Positions 1 to 12,914 of a stretch of DNA of 64,000 bases are shown here, one piece after another. Numbering within the stretch: position 1 is the first letter of the stretch; each line of letters begins with the position of its first letter. The notes under the pieces were generated by a model. It searched no databases. It was not told the origin of the DNA and saw only the letters and a program-made list of their open reading frames with translations. The DNA is from Vicugna vicugna (Eukaryota): the NCBI GenBank assembly GCA_013265495.1, contig MU060007.1:1488001-1552000 (forward strand), read 5' to 3'. The position numbers and the translations under genes are program-made.

Positions 1-1344
1 GGGTTGTCATCAAAATGATCCAGCTCTGTTCTCCTCTGTTCCTTTCTTGGAAGGGCTGAGAACAGACTTGCGAAGAGAAAAACTTGTTGGCGTTTGGGAG
101 CTGCCAGGTTTTCGAGAGCCCAATTATGTCTTTTTTGAACTAGCATTTCTTTAATAGAGTTTAATTTAAAAATGTTTTTTTCTTTTCATTTTTGACATTT
201 CTGGTAGTTTTTAATTTGAAAGGATGAGGCTGTGTTTACTCATGGGGAAAGTAGAAGCAGACTGTGGATGAGTCAGCAGGGTCAGCTGGCTGATCGTGAT
301 GTACCTGGCGTGGCCGTCCAACAGCCCTCTATACTCCAAACAGTGCCCTTTGAACTGACCTTTTCCCTAAAATCCCCCCATCGCTTGTGCCTTTGCTTTA
401 AATCCTTGTAGTTCCACTAGACTACTCTTTCTGTCTGCAGTTCAGCATCTATTCCATCGATTGCACGAAGCAGATGTCCACAGGTTTCCTATGAAAATCC
501 ACCGGCTCCTCTTGGGAGGAGTTGATTCCACCCGAGTTTGAGGAATGTGCCAGAAAGTCTAGTCCAGTCTCCCCACCAGGGATGCTGGTTCAGGTACGGG
601 CACATAGCTCTATTGAAGAGATGGTAAGAGACCTCTGCTGGATTCAAATTTTTTTTTTCCCTGAGAGAAACCTTTTGTTTTTCATAAGGTCCATTAGTCT
701 TTATCTTTATTCCATGGGAGTTGTTGGTGGGTGGATATGGGGTATGTGACCCCAACCTTCATTTTCCGTGATAAGTCTAGACCTGGGAAGACCACTGTGA
801 ATGGAGCACGTGTGGAGCTGGACGTGTGGAAGGCAGAATACAGATAGCAGGGAATGGGGCCCTTGGTAGCATCCCTTCAACACTGGACTGAATGCAGTGC
901 TGCCTCGCATACACTTGCAACTTTCAGTCATAGGATTATCATCTATTGGATTTAATCATAAATACTACTACCTTTTCAGCTCCAGAGAGTGTGTGGGGTG
1001 AGCTGACGCTGCCAGGCCTGCATCACAGCTTGCCCTCTCTCTCCACCCCATCCTGCTTCTGCTCTTCCACAGGGGTTGGTCTGAGGAAATTTCATCTCAG
1101 GGTCTTCTTCCTGGGGAACCTGAACCGTGACAGAGGTAGCTCATTTTGGACAGACTGATTTTCCATGGGCTCACCACAGAATGAAACAAAACACAGCAAA
1201 CTTATTATACTTCAATTTTGTACAGTTCTGCGAATTCATCTGTTAGGTTTTGCTCCAAGAGCCAATAGTCAACTTACGAGATCGAGTTAGCCCAGAAAAA
1301 GGTAGGAGGGAAGGAAAGTCAAGAAGACCACTATATTTTATTTT

Positions 1345-2575
1345 TGACATATGTATATACTCATGAAACCGTCATGATGATCAAGATAATTTAAGTATTC
1401 TTCATTCCCCCAAAGATTCCTCATGATCCTTTGTAATTCCTCCCTTCTGCCCCCTCCCCCTTCCCCATGCAATCACTGATCTGCTTTCTGTCACTATAGA
1501 TTTTTTGCATTGTTTAGAATTTTACGGAAATGGAATCATGAAGCATGTGCTCTTTGGTTTGCCTTTTTCACTCAGAATAATTATTTTGAGATTCATGCAT
1601 GTTGCGCACATCAACACTTCATTCCTGGGTAGTTCTCCATCATATGCATATGGAATAACTTGCTTATTCATTCACTTTTGATGGACACTTGGGTGTTTTC
1701 AGTTTTGGGCTATTATACATAAGGCTACTATGAGCATTTAGGTACAAGTCTTTGTATAGGCATATGCTTTCATTTCTCTTGGCCAAATACTTAGGGATGG
1801 AATGGCTGGATCATATGGTAGGTGTATGTTTAACTTTGTAAGAAACTGCCAAATTGTTTTCCAAAGTGGTTATGTCATTTTACATCTTCATCAGCAGTGT
1901 ATAAGAGCTCCAGTCCCTCTAATCCTTGCCAATTCTTGTGTGTCTTTTAAAATTTTAGCCACTCTATAGGTATATAGTATTAACTCATTGTGGTTTTTAA
2001 TTTTAATTTTAATTAGGCCCTTCTCTAATGACCAATGATGTTGAGCATCTTTTCATATGATTACTTGCCATCCACATAGCTCCTTTGTTGAAGTCTGTTC
2101 AGATAATTTGTTGATCATTTAGTTGGGTTATTTTTTATTAAATTTTAAAGGTTTTTTTTTTTAAATAACATATTCTATATACAAGTACTCCATCAGATAT
2201 ATGCTGTAAAAATATTTTCTTCCAGTCTGTGGCTTGTCTTTCCACTCTCTTCTCATAATACTGTCTTTCAAAGAGCAGAAGTTTTTAATTTTGATTAGGT
2301 CCAGTTTTTCAATTCTTTATTTAAAGAATTGTGCTTTTGGTGTTCTAGCTAAGAAATTTTTGCATAACCCAAGGCCACAAAGATTTTCTCCTATGTTTTC
2401 TTCTAGAAGTTTTATAGTTTTAGGTTTTACATTTCGGTCTATATCCATTCATTTTTAATTTTTTATATGATCCATTTTGAGTTAATTTACATATATGGTG
2501 AACGATATGGATTAAAATTGTGTGGGGTTTTTTTGCATATGGATATTCAAGTGTTCCAGCACCATGTGTTGAGAT
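1345..2575 (-). mobile_element. Old L1 3' end (L1MB7/8-like), antisense
   Basis: Long collinear match to remembered L1MB 3' consensus blocks: 'actgatctgctttctgtcactataga', 'gtatgtttaactttgtaagaaactgccaaattgttttccaaagtggtt', 'ccaaggccacaaagattttctcctatgttttcttctagaagttttatagtttt'. Confidence 0.9.
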
Positions 2576-2599
2576 CGCTCATCTAATTTTAAAATATGG

Positions 2600-2762
2600 A
2601 GCACATAATTCCAGTGTGGTCCATGGACTATCTCAGCATAATCACTCCTGGTGCTTGTTAAAAATGCAAATTCCTAGGTCTCACACCAGCTCTCTTGAAT
2701 TAAAATCTGACGACAAGTACCCTTGGCGATTCTTGTGGATGCTAAACTTTGGGAACAACTGG
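2600..2762 (+). mobile_element. MER5A-type hAT-Charlie non-autonomous transposon
   Basis: 'cagtgtggtcc...gcttgttaaaaatgcaaattcctagg...taaactttgggaacaactg' follows the remembered MER5A consensus. Confidence 0.75.
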
Positions 2763-3004
2763 CATCATGCCATTATTATTCATTAATACTGCAAATCAGT
2801 ACTGTCTCCATCAGAGTCCAGGATGGATATAATTTAGAAAAAGTAAGTCCCTATAGGATAGAAATAAACCAGAACAGTTTGTTTTTTCTTTTTGATACAG
2901 AAGATGTTAAACATATACAAAAGTACATCAAATGGTATAATGAATTTCCATGTACTCACCACTCAATTTTAGCAATAATCAATATTAGACATTGCTTTTT
3001 AAAA

Positions 3005-3480
3005 CAAGAAGAAAATATAGGTGAAATTTTGCTATGTGGAGAAAAACTTCCAAGCTTAAAAAGCAATGGGGAAAAATCAAAAGTAGACAAAAATAGAATG
3101 AGCAAACATAAAAAAAAAAAATCAAAGATCACTATGTTTGCCATCACAGATAGTAAAAACCTCTGTACATCAAAAAATCTTGTGGTGACAAAGACACACA
3201 TAATCTGGGAAATCTTTTTCACTAGAACAGGTGATAAATTTTTAATCTATAAAGACATATAAAATGATTTTAAAAAGACTGAGAAACTCACTAAGTGATA
3301 AATGGATAAAAGGGCAAAGGATATAAAAGATACTATTGAGATAATATTGAGAGGATGTTATGCAGCCAGTAAGACGATCTTTAAAAATAATTTTTATTGC
3401 AATGGGGAAATGCTTATGATATAGTGAAAAAAGAATTACATATAACTGTGTATTACACATATCTTGAATACAGAATTACA
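3005..3480 (+). mobile_element. Degenerate L1 ORF2 3' fragment (L1ME/L1M-like)
   Basis: 'aaaatataggtgaa...aaaaacctctgtacatcaaaaaa...aaaagggcaaaggatat' resembles L1 ORF2 C-terminal DNA; this explains ORF 2723..3262. Confidence 0.65.
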
Positions 3481-5749
3481 TATTTTTTATATCCTCATGT
3501 ATTTAAAACAAGGCTCAGGAGAAAAATGAGAGCAAGTGTGCTTCTGGATGTTATTTTCTAAGTTAACTCCAATGAACATGTATGTATTGCTGATGTAATC
3601 AGAAAAAGGGGGGAAAAAGTCTATTTTTCAAGAAAGGAATACTTCCTTGGCAAAGTCAAAGATTGGCGCAGATTCAAAGATGGGGCAAAAAAGAGGCACA
3701 GGGACGGATAAAGACAGGTTTTGTGCAGCATTGCCTTAAATGAAAAGGTAGAGGTAACAGATTCCTCCTTTGCAAATCTTACCAGTGGATGAAGACTGCT
3801 GTACTTGGGTGCAGACTTCTGGGACTGACAGAGGTGGACAGATTGTAATGGTCATGTAGATGTCCCTGCTCAAAACCATGGAGTACCTTTTCTTGACTCC
3901 AGGAGAGGGGCAGGAAGGAAAGAAGTTAAAGCCATAATAGCCCATTCATCCGCTGGGTGACTGTGGACAAGTAGAAATGTCTGTTTGTTCATAGACTCTG
4001 AAGTGTTACTTTGTAGCATTCTTCTTCTACAGTTCAGAAACTAAATCTAAAATATTTCTCTACATTGGAAACCCACTCATTTCTTCTGGCTTTATACTTC
4101 TGAACTGGAACTGAACTCTGGCACTTTAGTTCACATGATGTTAGAACAATATAACTTTGTTTTGAAAAAGAATGGCTTTAAAAGTCTTATACATGAGTCC
4201 TGCCTGTTCTTGGAAATCAAGTAGCACTTGTAAACTCCAGGGCCTAAATATTGTGTAATTGTGAATAAATAATGTTAAAGAGGCAGAAATGTACTGCTTA
4301 TATATCCCAGATTATATAAAGCTTCAGAAATAATAAAAATGTATTTGTCCCTTTAAAATTCTAGTATAGGAAATTGCATCAAGAATTACAAAAAAGGTTA
4401 TTAAAAGATACAAATTATGGTTCAGGATAATATATTTATTAATCAATGGAGAAAATTAGAAAGTCAAGTAAAGCTAGTGAGATCTCCAAAGTACTACAAA
4501 GTTTACTGGAAAAAATTTTTACATACTTACTCTTTAGATGGTTCTATAATTTGATAGCTCCAGGTAGTACACACGAACATTTTCATGCAGTCTTCTTCTG
4601 GGATCAGCACTAAAATAACTATCATCAAAACAACCACTGAGTATCCAAAGTATGCAGAACGTACCTCATAAAGCGAAATAAATTTGTGTAAAAATGTTTT
4701 TCTCAGGCTTGTCAGGAAAATAAAGCAGAGTGATAATGAAGTATAAAAACGGGGCAACTTCTCTAAAATAGCAACACAGGACACCCTAAGGAGTTTAAAA
4801 AATAGATATAAGGATTGATCCAAGTTATTTTCACTCTATTTGTGGAGTCTCTTTTTAAAACTAAGAATTGAAATATGTAGTATGCTGATTATAATTCTCC
4901 TTAAGGGAAAAACAGAAACTGAAAATCTGAAAAAAAGAACAACATCAGACAATTATTGCATGTTTCATTGCTTTATATGCTAAAATACATACTATTATGT
5001 TTCTCTGACATGAAATACTTACACATTAGTTTTATTTACTTATATGATAAGTGTGAAGTGTGCTAAAAAGTGGAAATGAAAATAAAAGGTAGAATTATCG
5101 ATAGAACATTGAGCTCTGGACCTCACTGTACCTACAAAAGTGATATCACAGCCAAATTTTCAGACGTGAGGGTTTTAACTTTTTCATACACGTTCCACTT
5201 AACTGTTTGACAGTTCGATAATAAGCACCATATATTAAGTATCACAAACGTGTAAGGCATAGTCGGCAATGCTCTTTCTGCCTTTGTGGAGGAGGGTTGT
5301 CAGGAGGATATGTAAATAACATTTTGAAACTGTTGTGAAGGTGTACTTATCAAGATGAGTTAGATTTTCACACTTAGCTGGCCAGATCCAGGATATTTGA
5401 CTTAAGTAAATTCTGTGCTGTCTCAGATTCTGTACTAGCATGAGCATTATGGCTGAAAACACTGCATTTGATATTCCAGGGAACGCTGGCCAGTTAGCAA
5501 CACGTGAGCCATTATTTTAGAAAATAGGAACAGTTCTGTCCCAATAAGATTGACTTACCTGTTTCTTTAGGCTTGAAAGTTATATGGCCTCATATGTGTT
5601 TATTCTCTTAATGAATTCCAAAGTTACTGCTCCTGAATCTGTTTTTGGAGATGGTCCACAGAGGAATGCAATTCCCAAACTTCAACCATGCTATTCCTCA
5701 AAGAAACACTTCCTGGACTCAGTTAAAAATTACTACCTTTTATTTAAAA

Positions 5750-6040
5750 TCAGGAACCATCTACTGAATGCTAACTTCATGTCAAGTGCTGTATTAAGCA
5801 CTGGAATTAAAAAAAAAGTATAGTATGGTTTCCATTCATCGATGCACTGTTTTATATTTGGCAGTGTGCAAATACAGTATCCTATTTCATCCTCACTGGA
5901 ACTTCACAAGGTAGATATGATTTTCCCCATTTTACAGGTGATAAAACTGCAACAGAAATGTCACTTACCCAGGATCACACTTTTAGTAGAGCCAAGACAG
6001 AACCCAGTGATTTTTGAGCTCCTGGTTCTATTCTTTTATT
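5750..6040 (-). mobile_element. MIR SINE
   Basis: MIR core 'ccccattttacaggtgataaaactg...cacttacccaggatcacac' with MIR-like flanks. Confidence 0.75.
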
Positions 6041-6798
6041 CAATAGCAGGTTTTCCTACTGTTTCTCTGTCAAGATAAACCGTGCAAATATTTTAATGCA
6101 GAAATCCCTCTAGCCCAAAGTAAGAATTTCAATACCTTGCCTAAATTTCACTCACCATATCAATATCATAGGAGGAGGAAATTATTCAATTCAAGCGAAA
6201 GAAAATTCATGCACCTGTGGATTTCATCTTTTGTGGCAGATGAATCGGTGAGGTTGGATTTGATTTACTCCATGACTAAACTCTAGAATTGGGATTTAAA
6301 ATGGATGTGTAATCTCACTCAGATTCCGTTTCTCCTGCAATGCTGCCTAATGGTTATGCAAGTCTCAGAAATGTATTTAAAGTAATAACATGCCCTTTTA
6401 TCCAATAACATCAAACTGAGATCTTTTGTGTTCACTTTTGCTAGACCTCTAACCTTTAAAGGTGAGTCAGGCAGCTGCAGAAAACCTGATCTTATTTTCT
6501 GCCCCTGGCAAGACTTTTTCAAGTTCATCTTTTTCCCTTCTCTCAAAATCTGATGAAAAATGAAATGTCAGGAAAACAAGCTCTCGGGCTAAGAAACTTG
6601 TGTCTGTCTCTGTGACAGATGTCAGTTTGAAAGGTTTCAGGTCACCTGTCAGAAGTGTGCCAGTGTGATCTGCACTCACACCGACTTGACCTCACACCAA
6701 CACTGAGTTATGCTTTTAAAAATATCCTTGGAAAAGAATTAAATGATTTGAAGTCATTGCCTTTTCCTCTATCTGTTAACTCTGATTAATGAGACAAA

Positions 6799-6829
6799 GG
6801 AAGGAGAGAGAGAAAGAGAGAGAGAGACT
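6799..6829. repeat. Imperfect (GA)n microsatellite
   Basis: 'ggaaggagagagagaaagagagagagagac' seen directly. Confidence 0.8.
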
Positions 6830-7833
6830 TTTAAAAGGACAGTTTGACCTTTGGGTGCCCCTGGCAGTGAACCAATCAGCATTCTTGTAATCCAAACACA
6901 GATGCCTGGAGCTAAACAAATCCTATACTTGTGAACAAGAATTCAGTTTGCTGTCAAAATATAGCGTGGATCAGCACAGTGCTTCTTTCAACAAAATATC
7001 ATGAATTAAAGTTTGAATGTTTGTGATTAATAGAGAAGAGTAATATTGAGCAACATAACAGCTCATTGGTGGCTCAATTTAGTAACAAATATTTCATTAA
7101 AAAATCATGTGTTCTGAAGTCCTGTATTCTAAGTCCACATCCTGGTTGTAACTCCCTAATATTTTATGCCAGAAACACCACTGATGTTATAGTACAAGTC
7201 AGTAGTTAGTAATGACTAATTGATGGGGTTGAAGTCTGTTCTTTTTCTGGGTTGGTTACACAACATTTGAATTATTTATCACAGTGATTTACAAAAATGT
7301 TTCCTTTTTTTCATCAACCTTTACCATAGCCCAGGAAACTTAAGGACTGGGGGAAAAAAAGATGGATTTTTTTTTTCACCAGTTTGGGAGGACTCAGGGC
7401 TTTGCTGTGTAGCCAAGAAGATAAAAGATGATAGCTCCAAAAGCACGTTTGTCAAATCTACCATCCTAAACAAGAGGACAGATCAGAAGAAATGAGAAAG
7501 TCCGTGTAATATAACCCCAAAAATTTTAATAGCACTACAGAGATGTTGGTTTTTTTTTTTTCCCTTTGCTTGACTGTTAAGTATACAGTACTTCCTTTCT
7601 TTCAAGTGAGCCCACCCTTGAGTGAAATACAAGTGAATTTACTGGAGATGTGCTCACTGTGTCCATGTTTGGAACAACATTATTTTTGTGTATGGAAACC
7701 TTGTGGGGAAAGAGAATATACTGTACTGGAATGCAATTAGTTAGTTTGAAATAAAGGTGAAAAGCTGCTATTCTCAGCAGTGATTGGTGTAATATCTGTG
7801 ACTTTTCTTTCCCTTCCACAGCTATGTTTTAGA

Positions 7834-7985
7834 CCAGTGCTTCTTAGACTTAATATGCCCTTGACTCTCCTAGATCTTGTTAATAGGAAGTAGCGATGCA
7901 TTAGGTTGAGGTGGGGCTTGAGCATCAGTTCCTGGCAGATTCCCAGGTGATGCAGATCCAGCCGAGCCTGGACCTCACACTGAGC
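7834..7985 (+). mobile_element. MER5-family hAT fragment
   Basis: 'ccagtgcttcttagactt...gaggtggggcttgagcatc...cccaggtgatgcagat...ggacctcacactgag' resembles MER5A/B. Confidence 0.65.
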
Positions 7986-10002
7986 GCATGTTTTAGACTC
8001 TTCTCAGTTCTACTCAAGAGTGTGTGTCAAATACCTCAAGTCTCCCAAGTTCAAGTGGCTTACCTTAATTTTAAAAAATCCCTTTTCTGACATATTTTTT
8101 CCTGTGTTTGTGATCTTTTTCTATATGCCTGTGACTTGGTCTCTTTCTGGGAATTTCACATTTCAACGTAACAGTAGCCATATCATCTCGGAGTGACCCT
8201 ACTGTATTACTAAAATAAAGTACAGTATAAAGATGTTTAACAGTGTCAGGTTTTCTCAACCCTGCTCTCAAATCCTTAGTCTTCCTCTAGATCATGGAAT
8301 TATTAAGAGTGTTTTGCAATCTACTAGGTAGTTCCATTAACACTGACTGACATCTCTTCCTTGCTATCTGACAGTTAGACTGTCCATAATCAAAAGGTTG
8401 AAAGTCTCTATAAGAATGCACTCGAACTAAGAAGCACCCAGAGGAAAAACAGTTAAAAACAAGAGTAGTCGGAATTGTCAGCAGTGTTTAGACCCAGATA
8501 ACCACAAACATCCTGGAAGTTACTTAACCATGTCTGATTTCCCAGTGAGTCATGTTTACATCTCTAGATGTTAGTTTACTTTCCCTTCATTTTTTTTTTT
8601 TCTTGATCACTCAAGCAGTGGAAAACGGAAACGAAATCTTCCATGGCAATTAAAGTGCCAATACTTGTGCTAGCTATGGGTTCCTGCTACTGATAGGGAG
8701 GTACCTGGCCATCAGTCAAACAAAGCTATACCAATTTTCTCATGCTCAGTACATATTTATAACATGGGCAGGCTGGTGACATGCAGCTCCTTAAGCAGGA
8801 AACCAAGACCCAATAAGAGCATGCCAGATTTAGCTTTACCAAGATACAATGCACCATATTTAATGCTCAATTTTCATTCTGTGTGTGTTAGATATTCACA
8901 CGATTGCTGAGATTTTCATACCAGTGTCTTCAAACTTGTGTATTCCACTACAGGTTATTTTTATCCTTGGTAAAGACTCTTACTCTCTTTTTCTGCCAAA
9001 TACTAAGATCATTTAAACAAGTGAGAAATATTTGCTATTTTTCTCAAAAGGCACAAAGTGTCTTCTGTACAGAGGGTGTAGCTCAGTGCTACCTTGTCTT
9101 AGAAGAGCCAGATGTGAAGTGGTGGCCCATCATCTGGAGGCATAGTATATAAGTCTTTGTATCATGTGTTGGTACATCCTATCAACTTTTTTTCTGGCAT
9201 GTATTCCATTCTAAACCTCTGTAAAATTTCTATTGTTCCTGTAAATATTATATAAATATCTATTCCATGATAACCTTAATTATCAGCATAAAATGGTTAA
9301 TTTTTACTAAGCACAATGTATTTTTGAATGGCTCTTCCCAAATGTCTTTAATAAAATGTGGATTTTGCACTGGAAAAAATTGGTGAAATGTTATAGTTAA
9401 GGCTTATTGCAACAAAAGTGACTTTAAGATTTTATAGATTATTTTTTTAAAGAAACTTACAAAAGATACCATTTAAAAATTAGTCATCACCATCATAGAC
9501 GTTCTGTGTACTTTTATAATTGCATCACGACAAAGGAACACAAAGAGGCTAACTAGTAACAATACTGCCCCGAAAGTCTTCTTGAAACTATTAGATTCGT
9601 CAAGATACTCATTTGAAACCGTGTTAGGAGATTTTTTTTTTGTTAAAAGAAACAGATCAAACAGTTTAATGGCAGAGGAGAAACAACCAACAGAAAAGGA
9701 CTACTGGATCCTACTTTTATGAAAGCCTTTATTTCACACGGCCAACTTCTTCTGGTGTGTCAGCCAGTCAACTGTGAGGACATGATTATAGATGAGGACC
9801 AGAAACAGAGATCCATTATTGCTCTCACATAGACTCTCAATGATGACTCTGAATAAACCTTTCCCTGTAAGGAGAAGGCTTCAACCTTTTTGATGACTGT
9901 TAGTGGAGGGAAAAAATGGGGGCTCTAACACTTGTGAAAACAGATTTTTCTGGTGGAAATTAATAATTCTGAGCAGTACTAAAATTAATTACTCTGCGGT
10001 TA

Positions 10003-10622
10003 NNNNNNNNNNNNNNNNNNNNNNNNNNNNNNNNNNNNNNNNNNNNNNNNNNNNNNNNNNNNNNNNNNNNNNNNNNNNNNNNNNNNNNNNNNNNNNNNNN
10101 NNNNNNNNNNNNNNNNNNNNNNNNNNNNNNNNNNNNNNNNNNNNNNNNNNNNNNNNNNNNNNNNNNNNNNNNNNNNNNNNNNNNNNNNNNNNNNNNNNNN
10201 NNNNNNNNNNNNNNNNNNNNNNNNNNNNNNNNNNNNNNTAGGNNNNNNNNNNNNNNNNNNNNNNNNNNNNNNNNNNNNNNNNNNNNNNNNNNNNNNNNNN
10301 NNNNNNNNNNNNNNNNNNNNNNNNNNNNNNNNNNNNNNNNNNNNNNNNNNNNNNNNNNNNNNNNNNNNNNNNNNAAATNNNNNNNNNNNNNNNNNNNNNN
10401 NNNNNNNNNNNNNNNNNNNNNNNNNNNNNNNNNNNNNNNNNNNNNNNNNNNNNNNNNNNNNNNNNNNNNNNNNNNNNNNNNNNNNNNNNNNNNNNNNNNN
10501 NNNNNNNNNNNNNNNNNNNNNNNNNNNNNNNNNNNNNNNNNNNNNNNNNNNNNNNNNNNNNNNNNNNNNNNNNNNNNNNNNNNNNNNNNNNNNNNNNNNN
10601 NNNNNNNNNNNNNNNNNNNNNN
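10003..10622. other. 620-bp N-masked block with two tiny unmasked islands (TAGG 10239-10242, AAT 10376-10378)
   Basis: Seen directly: N runs of 236, 133 and 244 nt; flanks are not recognisably repetitive. Confidence 0.95.
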
Positions 10623-11499
10623 CCATGAAGAACTTTGTTTAAAGGGTAAACTGTATTTGCTAGGAAATTTTCTGCTGTCTTATTGCTATGCCAGTCAGTT
10701 ACCAACAAGGGTGTTTTAATTTATGGAAGGCTTATATATATTTTTTCACTTACAGATGAGCTAGTTCAACCTTGCTTTCTTTCTCTTATCTGTCATTGAA
10801 TTCTACAAGTTAAATTTATCTGTCTGCATTTTGAACCTTAGCAGAATGTTTTCCCAAGGAATCCATCCTGTGCAATCATTTAATTAATTAATAGTTAAAA
10901 TTTTTTTCTAATTGTTATGAATAAAAATGTTTTGAAGAAAAATGGTACAATTCAGGCACAATTGCAAAGAATAGAATCTCTTATAAGCATTTCTTCATTC
11001 TCCAAAAAAGAGAAAATCCATTTAATTGTCATAAAATACAGTGTATACATAAGTTAATTTAGGAGTCAACATCCAGATTTCATATGTAATAGAATCACTT
11101 TGAATCTTAGAGTATTCTCAAACCTAGGAGATACTTAGCCACATGACAATGATCATAAAGCATATATTTTACCCATTCGTCATATGGAAAGTATAACAAT
11201 TTTCTTTATGGCAGAGGTGGGTCTTAATAACTTAGGGATAACTAGCACATAGGAAATACTTATTGATTGAGTGGATTGCAGAAATTGCCTGTGACCATCT
11301 ATCAAAGGGGAGACTAAAGTTACAGCTGGAATGACAGTTTAGGGGGTGAAAATAGCCCAGTGAAAGTTCTAAAATAAACTAGTTATTTTGGTCTAGTGAG
11401 CATGGTTGTGGAGAATAGGTAGTCATAGGATACAAAAAAATCCTGGGTATCTTAGTTTCGCCTCCGGTTTTTTTTAACTAAAAACTTTTCGCCCATGTT

Positions 11500-11830
11500 C
11501 CCTGGCTTTCTCTTCAGTGTCTTCCTGTATCTTTGCACTGTTTAATGCAGACATGGCCTTTTGATGTGGTTTGGCCAAGGAAATAATGAGCAGAAGTGAG
11601 GTGTGTCATTTCCAGCAGAAACCTGCAGAGCTGGGGCAGAGTTTGCCTCTTCTCTTTCCCTCTGCACGGCAGTCAGCAAAGTTCTAGATATAGGGCGAAG
11701 GGAAGCCAGGTCACAGCTGACTTGTGACATACACACTAGTGTGCATGGGAAACAGACGTCTGTTATCGCTAGCCTTTGGTGTTTTGTGACTGTCTTTTAC
11801 CCATAAAACATGGCTTTCCCTGACAGAAAT
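11500..11830 (+). mobile_element. MLT1J-like ERVL-MaLR solo LTR
   Basis: 'tttggccaaggaaataatgagcagaagtgaggtgtgtcatttcc...tctctttccctctgcacggc' and 3' end '...ctttccctgacagaaat' match the remembered MLT1I/J consensus. Confidence 0.75.
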
Positions 11831-12419
11831 GTGATCTGTATCCTTGCAGCATGACCCGAAGAATGTGATTTTGCGAGCTTTGGGATGAAATTAGCTGTCA
11901 TCTTCCTTCTACCCCATCTAGGAGCCTACTTGCCTCCACACCCATCTGTTCCTTCTTCTCTCTTTGTTGAACAGAGTGAACCTACTCTGAACAATGGCCA
12001 AGACCTCGACTTGGGCTTTGGACCCCCTCTCCTCCCAAATGTCTAATTTTGCCCTGCTTCTTAGCAGGATTTCAGTGAGGTGTCATTCCCTCCCTCATGA
12101 AGGACCCTTTACTCAGCTTCCAGGACACTTTTCTGGCCTACTTCTGTGGTTGGCTCTTTCTTCTTTACTCACTTGTAAAATGTGTCAAAAGCAGAACTCC
12201 TATAGGTCAGCACTGAGTCCTCTTCCTGACGATCCGCACATTGTCTTCGTGTATTGAATTTTGTCCCATGACAACTATTGTTTTGAGAGTTGCTGTTTTG
12301 ACATTCCCACTGAGAAATACTCAAAAAAGCCCCATTTGTATATGCTTTCTTATTTCCCACTTCAAAACATTTTTCGTGAAATTTCAGGCAGAATTTATAA
12401 TGTCGTTATTTTAATCCCC

Positions 12420-12800
12420 TCATTTAATCCTTAAAAAAACTATTGATCATCCACAGTGTGCCAGGCACTATAATAAATGTTAGGAATATAAAAATGAATC
12501 AGATAGAATTCTCACTCTCAAAAAAGGGCTTAGAGGGGAGGAAGTATGCACACATTTATGGTAAAATGAGTAAAATGAGAGCATTTCTAATAATGTACCT
12601 TGTATAACACATGGTGGGAACATAAAGGAAAGCATCTAGGTTTTCTGGGGCAGTAAGAGAAAGATTTCCAGAGGAAGTTATATTTGGGCTAAAACATAGT
12701 CAAACAGGAATTTATAGAAGCAAGGAAGAGGAAACATTATTCCTAAAGGCAGGGAGATGTGAGGAGGCCTGTCATGTGTAGGGAATTTAAAATCGTTCAA
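12420..12800 (-). mobile_element. L2 LINE 3' fragment
   Basis: 'tattgatcatccacagtgtgccaggcact...ttccagaggaagttatatttgggct' is typical antisense L2. Confidence 0.7.
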
Positions 12801-12856
12801 TATTTTTACAAAGAATATGTGAGGTGGGAGCAGAGTAAGGGCTGAGGTTGGACGTA

Positions 12857-12914
12857 GGGACTGGCCCGGGACAGGACGGAGGGACTGGCCTGGGACAGGG
12901 ACTGGCCCGGGACA
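12857..12914. repeat. 17-bp GC-rich minisatellite, 3 copies (GGGACTGGCCYGGGACA)
   Basis: Units at 12857-12873, 12881-12897 and 12898-12914, with a 7-bp spacer between units 1 and 2. Confidence 0.9.

Noticed and set aside
441-623. Plus-strand exon-like segment with a strong acceptor (ctttctgtctgcag) and donors at 594 and 624
   Set aside because: All three frames contain stop codons and I recognise no homology; at most a non-coding exon.
2723-3262. 179-aa ORF
   Set aside because: It spans MER5 and decayed L1 ORF2 DNA; an A-rich chance open frame.
9071-9091. 'agagggtgtagctcagtgcta', resembling a tRNA/Vic-1 SINE 5' end
   Set aside because: Only about 20 nt, with no B box, cloverleaf or tail; chance or an uninformative stub.
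9903-10708. Long ORFs of 112-239 aa
   Set aside because: They are open only because they run through N characters; the same applies to ORFs near 20.1, 28.5, 39.2, 51.4 and 54.6-55.2 kb.
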